From NCBI GenBank assembly GCA_963696985.1, contig CAVOMG010000003.1, forward strand, positions 257,747 to 321,746: a stretch of DNA of 64,000 nt, written 5' to 3'. The DNA comes from an uncultured Thermoplasmata archaeon (lineage in GTDB: Archaea > Thermoplasmatota > Thermoplasmata > Lutacidiplasmatales > UBA184). Below are positions 37,202 through 47,556 of this stretch, piece by piece; position 1 is the first letter of the stretch, and each line of letters begins with the position of its first letter. A model generated the notes under the pieces. It made no database searches and was not told the origin of the DNA. It saw only the letters and a program-made list of their open reading frames with translations. A program made the position numbers and the translations under genes.

Positions 37202-38671
37202 GTGATCGGCGTCCTCTCCCTCATGCTCGCGACGCTGCTCGTCAGCATGGTCCTCACCTTCCTGTCGGGACGGCGGGCGCGCTACGTCGCTCTCGCCGGA
37301 TCGGTCGCCTTCCTCGCGGAGGTCCTCTACCTACTGTCGAGCTTCACCCAGTGGGCCGGCTTCGGGGCCGGCGGGGTCCCCCAGGTACAACGACGCCGAG
37401 ACGTACTCCTGGATCTCGATCTCCTGGCTCCACGTGAACTACGCCGTGGGGATCGATGGGATCTCCCTCGTCCTCGTCCTCCTTACCGCCTTCCTCCAGA
37501 TCGCGACGGTCATCTACTCCTGGCGGGAGTCGAAGGAGCCGTCGGCCTGGTTCGGCCTCGTCCTCCTGACCTGCCTCGGCTGCTTTGGGGTCTTCATCTC
37601 GCTCGACATCCTGTTGTTCTTCCTGTTCTGGGAAGCCGTCCTGATCCCGATGTTCTTCATGATCGGGTACTGGGGCGGCCCGCGCCGCCGCTACGCCGCG
37701 CTGAAGTTCTTCGTCTACACCCACGTCGCCTCGATCGCGATGCTGGTCTCGCTCCTCGCCCTCGCGTTCTACTCGGGGGCGCCGTCGTTCGACTTCACGA
37801 GCCTCTATGGACCCGCCCGGACCCTCTCGGCGACGACGCAGGTCTTCCTCTTCCTCGGGATGTTCTTCGGCTTCGGGGTCAAGTTCCCGATCGTCCCGTT
37901 CCACACTTGGCTCCCGGACGCCCACGTCGAGGCGCCGACCGGCGGATCGGTCCTGCTCGCCGGCCTCTTGCTCAAGCTCGGCGGATACGGACTGATCCGG
38001 TGGGCGGTGGAGCTCCTCCCGGTCGGGGAGAGCCACCTCGCGCCGCTCCTCTACGCCGTGGCGTTCGCCTCGATCATCTGGGGGTCGGTGGTCGCGCTCG
38101 CCCAACGGGACCTGAAGCGGCTCGTGGCGTACTCCTCGATCAACCACATGGGGATCGTCCTCCTCGCGATCGCCGTCGGTTCGTCGCTCGGGATCACGGC
38201 CGCGGTCCTGCTGATGTTCGCCCACGGGATCGTGAGCGGCCTCTTGTTCATGGTCTCGGGATCGGTCCACCACACGTTCGGCACCCGGGACGTGAACGCC
38301 GTCGGGGGGATCACCCCCGGACGCCGGCGCTCTCCACGATGGTGATGGTGGGCTCGCTCGCCTCGCTCGGGCTCCCGGCCCTGATCAGCTTCCCGGCGGA
38401 GTTCGGCGCCCTCCTCGCGGCCTGGGACCGCATCGGCGCCTGGGTCCTGATTCCCCTCCTCGTGCTCGTCGTAACCGCCGCGTTCTACCTGTGGATGATG
38501 CAACGGATGCTGTTCGGACCCCCGAAGGGGATCCCCGAAACGGCCCACGACCTACCGAGCTTCGAGCTCGTGGCGATGGTGATCCTCGCGGCCTTGATCG
38601 TCCTCTACGGCGTCCTCCCGAGCCTCCTCGTCCAGGTGATCGTGAACTCGCCGATCCAAGGGTGGCCGTAG
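37202..38671 (+). CDS. nuoM: NADH-quinone oxidoreductase subunit M; frame broken twice
   Basis: N- and C-termini lie in ORF 37202..38671. The core is in ORF 37434..38345: 'VGIDGISLVLVLLT', 'FFLFWEAVLIPMFFMIGYWGG', 'FGVKFPIVPFHTWLPDAHVEAPTGGSVLLAGLLLKLGGYG', 'LVAYSSINHMG'. Junctions at the C5 run 37378-37382 and the G6/C5 runs 38304-38318. Confidence 0.9.
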   Translation: MIGVLSLMLATLLVSMVLTFLSGRRARYVALAGSVAFLAEVLYLLSSFTQWAGFGAGGVPQVQRRRDVLLDLDLLAPRELRRGDRWDLPRPRPPYRLPPDRDGHLLLAGVEGAVGLVRPRPPDLPRLLWGLHLARHPVVLPVLGSRPDPDVLHDRVLGRPAPPLRRAEVLRLHPRRLDRDAGLAPRPRVLLGGAVVRLHEPLWTRPDPLGDDAGLPLPRDVLRLRGQVPDRPVPHLAPGRPRRGADRRIGPARRPLAQARRIRTDPVGGGAPPGRGEPPRAAPLRRGVRLDHLGVGGRARPTGPEAARGVLLDQPHGDRPPRDRRRFVARDHGRGPADVRPRDRERPLVHGLGIGPPHVRHPGRERRRGDHPRTPALSTMVMVGSLASLGLPALISFPAEFGALLAAWDRIGAWVLIPLLVLVVTAAFYLWMMQRMLFGPPKGIPETAHDLPSFELVAMVILAALIVLYGVLPSLLVQVIVNSPIQGWP

Positions 38672-38684
38672 GGGCGGGGGAACG

Positions 38685-40208
38685 ATGGACCCGATCGACT
38701 TCCTCCCGGAGATCGTTGTCCTGGCCGCGGCGCTCCTCGTCTTCCTTTCGGACACGGTGGGGGTCCGCCGGCTCGAGGTGTTCGGGGGCCTCGCCGTGGC
38801 CGGGAGCGCCGTCGCCCTCGCGCTCGTCCTCGGAGATCTGGGAACGCCGGGGCTATCGGCCCTTTCGACCCTTCCGGCGGCGCTGATCGACGCCCCGCTC
38901 GGCCCCTCGCTCGTCGATTTCACGAGCCTGGGCCTCGTCTTCCAGGCGATCTTCCTGATCGCGGCCCTCTTCGTCGCCCTCGGGAGCCTGTCGAGACCCT
39001 CCCGGGAGCCGGGGGCGGCGGTGTTCTTCGGTCTCCTTCTGCTCGCGACGCTCGGGATGATGCTGGTCGCGGTCGCCGCGGACCTCATCTTCCTGCTGCT
39101 CGCGATCGAGCTCGCGAGCATCTCGACCTACCTGATGGTCGGCTACTCCCGCAAGGAGCCGCGCCACCTCGAGGCGGCGATGAAGTTCTACATCATCGGG
39201 GCGCTCTCCACGGCGCTCTCGTTCTTCGGCGCGTCGCTCCTCTATGGAGCGTACGGAGCGACGAGCTTCTACGCGTTCGGACCGGCGGCGACCCCGATCG
39301 CCTACCCGACGCTCGCGTTGATCGGCTACGGCCTGTTGATCGCCGGGCTCGGCTTCAAGGTCACGGCCGTCCCGTTCCACGCCTGGGCGGTCGACGTGTA
39401 CGATGGCGCCCCCCACGATGTCTCGGCGTTCCTCGCCGGCGGGACGAAGAAGATGGGGATCTTCGCCTTCTTCCTCGTTTTCCTCGGGCCGATTCTCCTG
39501 CTCGAGCACACCCCGGCGCTCGCCCCCGCCGGGTTCGGGGAGGGCCTCGCCCTGACGATTGGTCTGCTCGCGGTCCTCACGATGACCATCGGGAACCTCC
39601 TCGCGCTCATGCAACGGGAGATGAAGCGGATGCTCGCCTACTCCTCGATCTCCCAGGCCGGCTACATGCTGATCGGCGTCGCCGTCGGCACGGCGCCGGG
39701 GGTCGCGGGGGCAACGTTCCAGGTCCTCGCCCACGCGTTCATGAAGACCGGGGCGTTCCTCGTCGTCGCGGCGTTCGCCGCGCTCGGCGTCGGGCCGCTG
39801 ATCGACGATTGGCGGGGTGTCGCGCGCCGCCGGCCGTACCTCTCCCTCGCCTTCGCCCTCATGCTCCTCTCCCTCGCCGGGGTGCCGCTCACGATCGGCT
39901 TCGTCTCGAAGTTCGTCCTCTTCAGCGCCGCGGTGCAGGCCGAGGGGCCGTTCTTCTGGCTCGCGGTCGCGGGGCTGTTGAACAGCGCCCTCTCGGTCTT
40001 CTACTACGCCCGGGTCCTCAAGACGATGTACCTCGATGCGCCCGCGCCGAACGCGGAGACCCCGTCCCCGACGGCCTCGATCGGCCTCGGCCGGGCGACG
40101 GCGATCCTCCTCATCACGGTCGGCATCGTGGCCCTCGGGATCTATCCAGGTCCGGTGGTCAGCGGCCTCCAGCTCGCCGCCTCCCACTTCGTCGCGATCG
40201 GGGCATGA
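38685..40208 (+). CDS. nuoN: NADH-quinone oxidoreductase subunit N
   Basis: 'LLLAIELASISTYLMVGY', 'EAAMKFYIIGALSTA', 'GFKVTAVPFHAWAVDVYDGAP', 'MLAYSSISQAGYML'. Confidence 0.9.
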   Translation: MDPIDFLPEIVVLAAALLVFLSDTVGVRRLEVFGGLAVAGSAVALALVLGDLGTPGLSALSTLPAALIDAPLGPSLVDFTSLGLVFQAIFLIAALFVALGSLSRPSREPGAAVFFGLLLLATLGMMLVAVAADLIFLLLAIELASISTYLMVGYSRKEPRHLEAAMKFYIIGALSTALSFFGASLLYGAYGATSFYAFGPAATPIAYPTLALIGYGLLIAGLGFKVTAVPFHAWAVDVYDGAPHDVSAFLAGGTKKMGIFAFFLVFLGPILLLEHTPALAPAGFGEGLALTIGLLAVLTMTIGNLLALMQREMKRMLAYSSISQAGYMLIGVAVGTAPGVAGATFQVLAHAFMKTGAFLVVAAFAALGVGPLIDDWRGVARRRPYLSLAFALMLLSLAGVPLTIGFVSKFVLFSAAVQAEGPFFWLAVAGLLNSALSVFYYARVLKTMYLDAPAPNAETPSPTASIGLGRATAILLITVGIVALGIYPGPVVSGLQLAASHFVAIGA

Positions 40209-41314
40209 CCGGCGCGGAGCGGTTCGACGTCGTCGTGGTCGGCGCCGGCCCTTCGGGAAGCCTCGCGGCGCGCGCGGCCGCCCTCGGCGGGGCGCGGACC
40301 CTGCTCGTCGACCAGCGCGTGGAGCTCGGCCAACCGGTCCAGTGCGGCGAGTTCCTCCCGACGCGGCAGGAACTCCTCGACATCTTCCCGTTCCCTAGCC
40401 TGCTCGACGACGCCTACGAGATCCCCCCGGCGTCGGTCCTCCGGACGACCGACACGATGGCGTGCATCGCCCCTGGCGGCCGGGAATACCGATTCCCGCT
40501 GCGAGGTTACAGCGTCGCGCGCCGCTCGTTCGATAAGGCCCTCGCCCTCCGGGCCGAGGGGGCGGGGGCCGAGCTCCGCTTCCCGGCCGGGGTCACCCGG
40601 GTCCGCGACGGCGAGGTCACCTTCGCCTCCGGCGCGATGGCCGAGGCCCGGGTGGTGATCGGGGCGGACGGGCCGCTGTCGACGGTGGCCCGGAGCGTCG
40701 GCTTTGCCCTCCCGCGGTCACTCTACCGGATGATCACGGCGACGTCGACGGGCGAGTTCCCTCCGGAGATCGACCTTTTCTTCGGCTCGGTCGCCCCGCG
40801 GGGCTACGCGTGGATCATCCCGAAGGCCGGGGAGGCCAACGTCGGGCTCGGCGTGACCGGACTAACGCCCGGTGCGACGCTCTCCGGCCTGCTCGACCGG
40901 TTCCTGCGGGCCCGCGGCCTCTCCGAGGCCCAGGACCGGACCCGCTGGTGGGTCCCAATCGGCGCGCCGCCCGATTCGGCGGTCCGAGGCCGGGCGCTGT
41001 TCGTCGGAGATGCGGCGAACCTCGTGATGGCGACGAACGGCGGCGGGATCCCGACGGCGATGCTCTCCGGGTGGGACGCCGGCGCGACCGCGGCCGCCCA
41101 CATCCGCGCCGGCACCCCACTCTCGGAGTACGATCGCCTCTGGAAGACCCACCTCTACGGCCCCCTCGCCCGGGGCCACCGATTGAAGGCGCTCGGGGAC
41201 CGGGTCGCCCGGACCGACCTCCTCCTGGCCCTAGGGATGCGATTTATCGGTCCGTCCGGTCTCGACTCGATGATGCGGCTGCGCTGGCCGGGTCGACTCG
41301 GGGGGGCGGGATGA
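40205..41314 (+). CDS. geranylgeranyl reductase family (digeranylgeranylglycerophospholipid reductase-like) flavoprotein
   Basis: 'FDVVVVGAGPSGSLAARAAA' FAD site, 'VQCGEFLP', 'VIGADGPLS', 'GYAWIIPK', 'LFVGDAANLV'. ATG 40205 overlaps the nuoN stop (ATGA). Confidence 0.85.
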   Translation: MTGAERFDVVVVGAGPSGSLAARAAALGGARTLLVDQRVELGQPVQCGEFLPTRQELLDIFPFPSLLDDAYEIPPASVLRTTDTMACIAPGGREYRFPLRGYSVARRSFDKALALRAEGAGAELRFPAGVTRVRDGEVTFASGAMAEARVVIGADGPLSTVARSVGFALPRSLYRMITATSTGEFPPEIDLFFGSVAPRGYAWIIPKAGEANVGLGVTGLTPGATLSGLLDRFLRARGLSEAQDRTRWWVPIGAPPDSAVRGRALFVGDAANLVMATNGGGIPTAMLSGWDAGATAAAHIRAGTPLSEYDRLWKTHLYGPLARGHRLKALGDRVARTDLLLALGMRFIGPSGLDSMMRLRWPGRLGGAG

Positions 41315-42365
41315 GCCGGGCGACGCCGCGGGACACCCCGGATGGCTCCCTCGAGAACCTCGTGAGCCGGACGCTCGGCGAGGGGCCCCCGAGACGCTCG
41401 TCGAGCTCCTGCCGACGCTGACCGCCGACCTCGCCGGCATCGACCAGCGGATGCTCGGGGTGCTGCCGTCGACGTACCCGAGGCTCACCGACGCGGCGAC
41501 CTACGCGGTGAGCGCGGGCGGCAAGCGGGTCCGGCCCCTCCTCATGGTGGTGATGGCTCGGGCGCTCGGCCTCGAGTCCGCGGGCTCGGTCTACTCGCTC
41601 GCGGCCGCCTTCCAGCTGATCCATACGGCGACGCTGGTCCACGACGACGTCATCGACCACGCCGAGATGCGTCGGGGGAAGCCGTCGATGCCGAGGGCGT
41701 TCGGGCTCCCCTCCTCGATCGTCACCGGCGACTACCTTTTCGTCCGCGCGTTCGAGCTCGCGGCGGAGTACCCCCGGACGATCATCCTCCGATGCGGGGA
41801 GGCATGCGCCGCCCTCGTCGAAGGGGAGGTCCTCCAGGACTCGAGCCGGTTCGACCTTACCACCGGCGAGGAGCATTACCTTCGGGTGATCGAGCGGAAG
41901 ACCGCCGCGATCGTTGCGGCGGCCCTCGCGTCGGTCGGGGAGATCGCCGGCGCCTCCCCGGCGGTCCGCGAGGCATGCGAGACGTACGGGCGGGCCCTCG
42001 GGGTCGCCTTCCAGATACGGGACGACCTCCTCGACGTCTACGGCGACCCCGACCTGCTCGGGAAGCCGCTCTACACCGACCTGCGGGAGGGGAACCCGAC
42101 CCTGGTCTCGCTCGAGACCTACGCCCACCTGAAGGGTGAGGAACGCGAGGAGTTCGAGCGGCTTTTCGTGCTGCGCCGAAAGGCCCCCGGGGACCTCTGG
42201 CGGCTCCGAACGCTCTCCGATCGCACCCCGGCCGCCCAGAACGTAGCGAGGGCCGCCGAGACCTGGGGGGAACGGGCGGTCCGGGCGCTCGAACCATTGC
42301 CGGCGAGTCCGTACCGCACGCTCCTCGAGTGGCTCGCGCGCGGGGCCGCGGCCCGACGATTCTGA
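41311..42365 (+). CDS. trans-isoprenyl diphosphate synthase (GGPP-synthase-like polyprenyl synthetase); frame broken once
   Basis: 'GGKRVRPLL', FARM 'LIHTATLVHDDVIDHAEMRRG', SARM 'AFQIRDDLLDVYGD', 'GKPLYTDLREGNPT'. The N-terminal 26 aa 'MSRATPRDTPDGSLENLVSRTLGEGP' are in the frame of ORF 40810..41421 and join at the C5 run 41386-41390. ATG 41311 overlaps the reductase stop (ATGA). Confidence 0.85.
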
Positions 42366-42434
42366 ACGGCCGGACCGGCGGCCGCCGACGCGTGCACGAA
42401 CGGCCTTAAGACCCCCAAGGTGGATTCGTCCGCG

Positions 42435-42903
42435 ATGCGGACGGCCGCGAGCTCGGCGGGGGGCGCCTCGGCCAGCCGGGCCGGGCCTGCCCCCGAGGTC
42501 GGTCACCTCCCGCCCCAGTGGGCCCCCGTCCGGGCGCGCCCCAGCCTCCCGCTCGGGGTCGCGATCCTCGCGGTCCTCATCGGCATCCTCGGCCTCGTGC
42601 TGCTGCTCGCCGGGAGCCTCTTCCTCCTACGGGTACTACGGGGGTCCGCTCGTCCCCGACGACGTCCTCATCGTCCACTCGGTCAATGCGATCGGGGCTG
42701 CGCTCCTCGTCCTTCTCGGGGCGATCTTCCTCGCCCTCGCGACGGCCCTGTGGCGCCAGGAGGTCTGGGCGCTCTACACCACCGTGGCCGTCACGTTCGG
42801 TGGGCTCGCCTTCCTGTTCTTCACCGCGTCCATCACCTACCTCTTCCTCATCCTCCTCGTGGTCTTCGTCTACCTCCTCCTCGTGCGTCGGCACTTCTAC
42901 TGA
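42435..42903 (+). CDS. multi-TM membrane protein of unknown function; frame broken once
   Basis: 'LPLGVAILAVLIGILGLVLLLAGSLFLL' (ORF 42420). After about 42625-42632 another frame reads 'GYYGGPLVPDDVLIVHSVNAIGAALLVLLGAIFLALATALWRQEVWALYTTVAVTFGGLAFLFFTASITYLFLILLVVFVYLLLVRRHFY*'. TATA-like CCTTAAGA at 42401-42408 favours ATG 42435 over GTG 42420. Confidence 0.65.
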
Positions 42904-43721
42904 TGCGCGTCCTCATCGGCGAGCTCGCTCCGGCGCTCCTTGACGTCGAGGCGAACCTCGCCCGGATCGAAGCGATCGTCATCAAGGGCCGCTCGGAGCT
43001 CGCGGTCTTTCCGGAGCTCTTCCTCTCAGGCTACCGCGTCGGCGACCGGGTCGGTGAGGTCGCTCTCCGGCCGGACGATCCCCACCACCGGCGGCTCGCG
43101 GAGATCGCTACCCGCACGGGGACGACGATCGTCGTCGGAAGCCCCCGGGCCTCTCCGGACCGGCCCGGGGAGACCGAGAACGCGGCGCTGTGCTACGGCC
43201 CGGACGGGGCGTTCGCCGTCCAGGCGAAGCGGTTCCTGCCCACTTTCGGTCCCTTCGAGGAGGGAACGCTTTTCTCCCCCACGGACGAGAGCCGACCGGT
43301 CCGGGCGCTCGGCCGGTCGGTCGGGCTCGAGATCTGCTACGACCTCTTCTTTCCCGAAGTGTCGCGCGACCTCGCCCTCGCCGGGGCGGAGCTGCTGATC
43401 GGGATCTCGGCCGCCCCGGTCACCTCGCGGCGACTCTTCGAGCGGGTGCTCCCCGCCCGAGCGATCGAGAACGCCCTCCCGGTGGTCTACGTGAACCGGG
43501 TCGGGGTCGAGGACGGACTCGTCTTCGGGGGCGGCTCGGTGGTCCTCGATGCCCGAGGGGAGGAGCTCCGGGGCGAGAAGCTCGAAGGCGCCGTGCAGAG
43601 TCCGGACGAAAGGGTCGAACTCGTCGAGCTCGACCTTGGGGCGGCCTCTCGCTGGCGGCCGTTCCGTCCGGTCCTACGCGACGTCGCGCAGCGGCGACGG
43701 GGCGAACGGACCCCGGGATAG
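42903..43721 (+). CDS. carbon-nitrogen hydrolase (nitrilase superfamily) protein
   Basis: Glu-Lys-Cys triad context: '[10 protein letters not shown]', '[10 protein letters not shown]', '[13 protein letters not shown]', '[17 protein letters not shown]'. ATG 42903 overlaps the preceding TGA by 1 nt. Confidence 0.82.
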   Translation: MRVLIGELAPALLDVEANLARIEAIVIKGRSELAVFPELFLSGYRVGDRVGEVALRPDDPHHRRLAEIATRTGTTIVVGSPRASPDRPGETENAALCYGPDGAFAVQAKRFLPTFGPFEEGTLFSPTDESRPVRALGRSVGLEICYDLFFPEVSRDLALAGAELLIGISAAPVTSRRLFERVLPARAIENALPVVYVNRVGVEDGLVFGGGSVVLDARGEELRGEKLEGAVQSPDERVELVELDLGAASRWRPFRPVLRDVAQRRRGERTPG

Positions 43722-43760
43722 GCCCGTCCCCGGCCTCCACGCCTCGCGTCCGCCGCGTCC

Positions 43761-43767
43761 CTTATAC
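43761..43767 (+). promoter_or_regulatory. TATA element (CTTATAC) about 28 nt upstream of GTG 43792 (top6B)
   Basis: Only AT-rich element between the nitrilase stop and the top6B start. Confidence 0.4.
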
Positions 43768-43791
43768 GGGGGGCCCACCCGTGGGGACCCC

Positions 43792-45808
43792 GTGCCCCGG
43801 ACCCGCACCCTCGCCGAGGAGCTCGCATCGAAGCAGCGCGAGATCTCGGTCGCCGAGTTCTTCGAGCGGAATCGCCAGATCCTCGGCTTCGACAACCCGT
43901 TGCGAGCACTCCTCACGACCGTCAAGGAGGGGGTCGACAATGCGCTCGACGCCTGCGAGGAGGCCCGGGTCCTCCCCGAGGTCCTGGTCGAGATCGCGAA
44001 ATCCGGCACCGACCGATTGACGGTCTCGGTCTCGGACAACGGCCCCGGGATCCTTCGGCGTGAGATCCCGAACGTCTTCGGACGGCTCCTCTACGGGTCG
44101 CGATTTCACGCGAACCGCCAATCCCGTGGCCAGCAGGGGATCGGGATCTCGGCGGCCGTCCTCTACGCCGGGCTCACGAGCGCCCGTCCCGCCCGCGTGG
44201 TCTCCAAGGTCAAGGAGGAGGAGGCCGCCCACGTCCTCGAGCTCCTTATCGACACCCAGAAGAACCTCCCGAAGGTCGTCTCGGACGACCTGCTCCTCTG
44301 GGACCGCGAGAGCGGCACGCGCATCGAGCTCGTCCTCAAGGCCAAGTACCAACGGGGTCGGCAGTCGCCGTTCGAATACCTTCGCGGCACCGCGATCGTG
44401 AACCCGCACGCCCGGCTCATCCTCGTAGAGCCGGACGGGACGCGGATCACCTACGAGCGGGCATCGAACGAAATCCCCCCCGTACCGAAGGAGGTCCCAC
44501 CTCACCCGTACGGCCTCGAGCTCGGCGAGCTCGCCTACCGCCTAAAGGCGACGTCGGCCCGTTCCCTCGCCGAACTCCTCCCGAAGGAGTTCGCCGGCGT
44601 CTCGCCCCGAGCGGCGGCCGAGATCCTTAGTCAGGCGGGCCTCACCGGCCGTGAGACGCCCGGGACGATTCATGGGGAGCGGCTCGAAGCGATGCTTGCG
44701 GCGATGCACTCGGTCCGGCTCCTCCCTCCTTCGTCCGAATCCCTCTCCCCGATCGGGCCCGTCCTGATCAAGCGGGGCTTGAGGAACGTGCTCGGCGAGG
44801 TGCGTCCGGAGTTCTACGCACCCCCGGTCGAGCCGGCCGCCGAAGGTCCGGGCGGGCTTCCCCTTCCTGGTCGAGGTCGGGCTCGTTTACGGCGGCAGCC
44901 TCCCGGCCGACCAGCCGATCCAGCTCCTGCGGTTCGCGAACCGGGTGCCGCTCCTCTTCCAGCAGGGAGCATGCGCGATCACGAATGCCGTCCAATCCCT
45001 CGATTGGCGACGGTACGGGCTCGACCAGAAGGGCGGGGCCGGGCTGCCGAACGGCCCCACGCTCCTCCTCGTCCACGTCGCCTCGACGAAGATCCCGTTC
45101 ACGAGCGAGGCGAAGGAGGCGATCGCCGAGGACCCGGAACTCGACAAGGAGCTGACCCTCGCCCTCCAGGTGGCCGCGCGCCACCTGCGGACCCACCTCT
45201 CCCGGAAGATCCGGCGCCAGTTCGCCCAAGAGAAGTTCGATATTATCCTCAAGATCCTCCCGAAGCTCGCCCAGAAGGCGAGCGGGCTCGTCCACAAGCC
45301 GGTGCCCGACCTGACCCCGGTGATCACCAAGATCATGGACGTCGTCAATCTCGAGACGACTCTCGACGCGAGCCCGAGCGCGAAGCGGCTGAAGACCGAG
45401 ATCACGAACTACACCCCCAGGGCGCGCGTTCTCGAGCTCTTCGTCGAGCTGCCGCCGGAGCTCCTGCCCTCGGCAAAGTTCGAACCCGTACCCGATGGGA
45501 CCGATGCGGAGCTCGGCCGGGCGTGGTGGACCCTCCCGAAACTTGCTCCGAGCGGCCGGACCGGCGTGGTGGTCACGTTCCCCGGAGGGACTGAGGTCGA
45601 GGCCGGCGATCCCGAGTGGTTCGTCGCCGGGGTCGACGAGGGCCATCTGCTCGGGGCGGAACCGCTGCCCGGCGACTGGGACGTGCGGCTCCCGAGGGCC
45701 GTGATCGAGGCCGCCGAGGCGGGCCTCGAGGAGAGCGTCCCGCAAGGAGAAACGGAGGTGGATTACGATGCCGCCGAAGCGAGCGTCCGCGTCGAAGACG
45801 AAGAGTAG
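43792..45808 (+). CDS. top6B: DNA topoisomerase VI subunit B; frame broken once
   Basis: GHKL ATPase motifs '[11 protein letters not shown]', '[10 protein letters not shown]', '[10 protein letters not shown]'. After 'RPEFYAP' (C5 run 44821-44825) the sequence continues in the frame of ORF 44945..45808: '[21 protein letters not shown]...[20 protein letters not shown]...[20 protein letters not shown]'. Confidence 0.9.
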
Positions 45809-46907
45809 CCCCCCGGCCGATCTGACGCCGGAGGCCCTGCGGCCGACCCGCCAGCTCGCCGAGGAGATCTACGGCCAGCTCAAGGACGGCCAAATCCCGA
45901 GGATGCGCCTGCCCCTTCGGACGAAGCAGAACATCCAGTTCCAGATGCGGGAGGGGGTCTGGAAGCTCGGCCGCGCGCTCGGGACCCGCAGCGCCCGAAA
46001 GCTCGACGGGGCGCTCATGCTCCTACGGACCTTCTACCTCGTCGATTTCATCAACGAGATGGCCCGCGACTCGAAGACGTCGACGCTGCGGGAGCTCTAC
46101 TACATCTCCGAGGGTTGGGAGGAGTCGAAGTTCCACAGCGAGGACGAGTCGAACCTCTTGATCGAGGACCTCGAGGTCCTCTGCGGGCGCCTCCGCGAGG
46201 ACTTCCGGCTCCATCCGGAGGAGAACGGGGCGTCGGTCCTCGGCGACCTCACGATCCGGGAGACCAACCGCAAGGGGGTCGTGAAGACGATCAACTGCCG
46301 GGACGACGTCGGGGACGGCGGCTACGCGCTCCCGTTCAACGTCGAGAGGGAGAAGATCGCCTTCGTGGGGACGAACGCCAAGTTCGTTATCGCCATCGAG
46401 TGCGGTGGGATGGTGGATCGCCTCGCCGAGAACGGGTTCGACGAGAAGCACGACGCGATCCTCCTCCACCTCAAGGGCCAGCCGGCCCGCTCGACCCGGC
46501 GGTTCCTGAAGCGGATGAGCGAGGAGCTCCACCTGCCCGTCGTCGTCTTCACGGACGGCGACCCCTGGTCGTTCCGGATCTTCGCGAGCGTGGCGTACGG
46601 GGCGATCAAGACCGCCCACATTTCCCACTACCTCGCAACGCCCCAGGCCGAGTTCCTCGGGGTCACGGCCTCGGACATCGAGAACTACAAGCTCCCTTCC
46701 GACAAGCTGAGCGAGCAGGACATCCGCGCCCTCCAAGCTGAGCTGACCGACCCGCGGTTCTCGACGCCGGAGTGGCGCGCCGAGATCGAGCTCATGCTCA
46801 AGAACGGGAAGAAGGCCGAGCAGCAGTCGCTCGCCAAGTACGGACTCAACTATGTGACCGACACCTACCTCCCCGAGAAGCTCACCGAGATGGGCGTCCT
46901 CCGGTAG
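45768..46907 (+). CDS. top6A: DNA topoisomerase VI subunit A (Spo11 homologue)
   Basis: '[11 protein letters not shown]' (catalytic Tyr region), Toprim '[10 protein letters not shown]' and '[14 protein letters not shown]', '[10 protein letters not shown]'. Overlaps top6B by 41 nt. Confidence 0.92.
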   Translation: MPPKRASASKTKSSPPADLTPEALRPTRQLAEEIYGQLKDGQIPRMRLPLRTKQNIQFQMREGVWKLGRALGTRSARKLDGALMLLRTFYLVDFINEMARDSKTSTLRELYYISEGWEESKFHSEDESNLLIEDLEVLCGRLREDFRLHPEENGASVLGDLTIRETNRKGVVKTINCRDDVGDGGYALPFNVEREKIAFVGTNAKFVIAIECGGMVDRLAENGFDEKHDAILLHLKGQPARSTRRFLKRMSEELHLPVVVFTDGDPWSFRIFASVAYGAIKTAHISHYLATPQAEFLGVTASDIENYKLPSDKLSEQDIRALQAELTDPRFSTPEWRAEIELMLKNGKKAEQQSLAKYGLNYVTDTYLPEKLTEMGVLR

Positions 46908-46935
46908 GGCCCGACGGCGGAGGCGGAACGGGCAG

Positions 46936-47352
46936 ATGCTCGACGACGCGGACCTTGAAATGAACGTCCTCGAGTTCCGGGGGAAGGGGTTCTCGTTCGA
47001 GCGCGCGGTCGACTGGGACGGGACCGAGCTCGCCCTCTTCCACCGGACGGAGACCGAGAGCGAGAGCCGATTCCGTCCACGGATCGTCCGCTTGCTGCTC
47101 GCCCTCCCCAAGAGCTGGCTCGCACTGGATGCCTCCGGGGAAGCGCTCGTGCTCGAGCGCGCCGGGACGCCCTCTCGCCCCGGGCCGACCCCCGCGGCGG
47201 TCGAGACCGCCGCCGAATCGACCCAGTTCGAGGAGCGAGGGATCGCCTGGAGGCGGCAACCGCTCTCCGAGACCGCGTACCTCTACCTTCCCGAAGAGTG
47301 GGTCGGGCGCCTCGGAACGCCCGAAGGGCTCGCGCGACTCGGCATTGCGTAA
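46936..47352 (+). CDS. hypothetical protein
   Basis: 138-aa ORF with high GC3 and balanced composition. SD-like GGAGGCGG at 46918-46925. No family recognised. Confidence 0.55.
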   Translation: MLDDADLEMNVLEFRGKGFSFERAVDWDGTELALFHRTETESESRFRPRIVRLLLALPKSWLALDASGEALVLERAGTPSRPGPTPAAVETAAESTQFEERGIAWRRQPLSETAYLYLPEEWVGRLGTPEGLARLGIA

Positions 47353-47433
47353 CGCACGTCGCCACCGACGAGAAATCAAGGGTCATCCTTTTAAGGCGGG
47401 ATTAGTAACCCGCGCCACCTCAGGCCGAACTGG

Positions 47434-47541
47434 ATGAAACGGAGCTCACGCGTCTGGAAGAAGCGCGGCCACATGCGCTGGAAGTGGCGCAAGAAGCGCA
47501 TGCGCCGCCGCATGAGAGCCCAGAAGATGCGCAAGCAGTAG
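47434..47541 (+). CDS. rpl41e: 50S ribosomal protein L41e (35 aa; below the ORF-track cut-off)
   Basis: 'MKRSSRVWKKRGHMRWKWRKKRMRRRMRAQKMRKQ' matches my recollection of the archaeal L41e pattern (...KRSSR.WKKKG.MRWKW.KKR.RR...). TATA-like CCTTTTAAGG at 47387-47396. Confidence 0.8.
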   Translation: MKRSSRVWKKRGHMRWKWRKKRMRRRMRAQKMRKQ

Positions 47542-47556
47542 TCGAACCCTTTCCCA

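Noticed and set aside
31324-40187. Long minus-strand ORFs across the nuo operon (31324..32736, 33438..34400, 35596..37257, 37344..38273, 38853..40187)
   Set aside because: These are antisense shadows. The plus-strand frames carry unmistakable Nuo motifs.
42420-43721. 433-aa ORF suggesting a membrane-anchored nitrilase fusion
   Set aside because: The middle section is off-frame. The correct frame of the membrane protein ends at TGA 42901-42903, and the nitrilase starts at ATG 42903. These are two genes.
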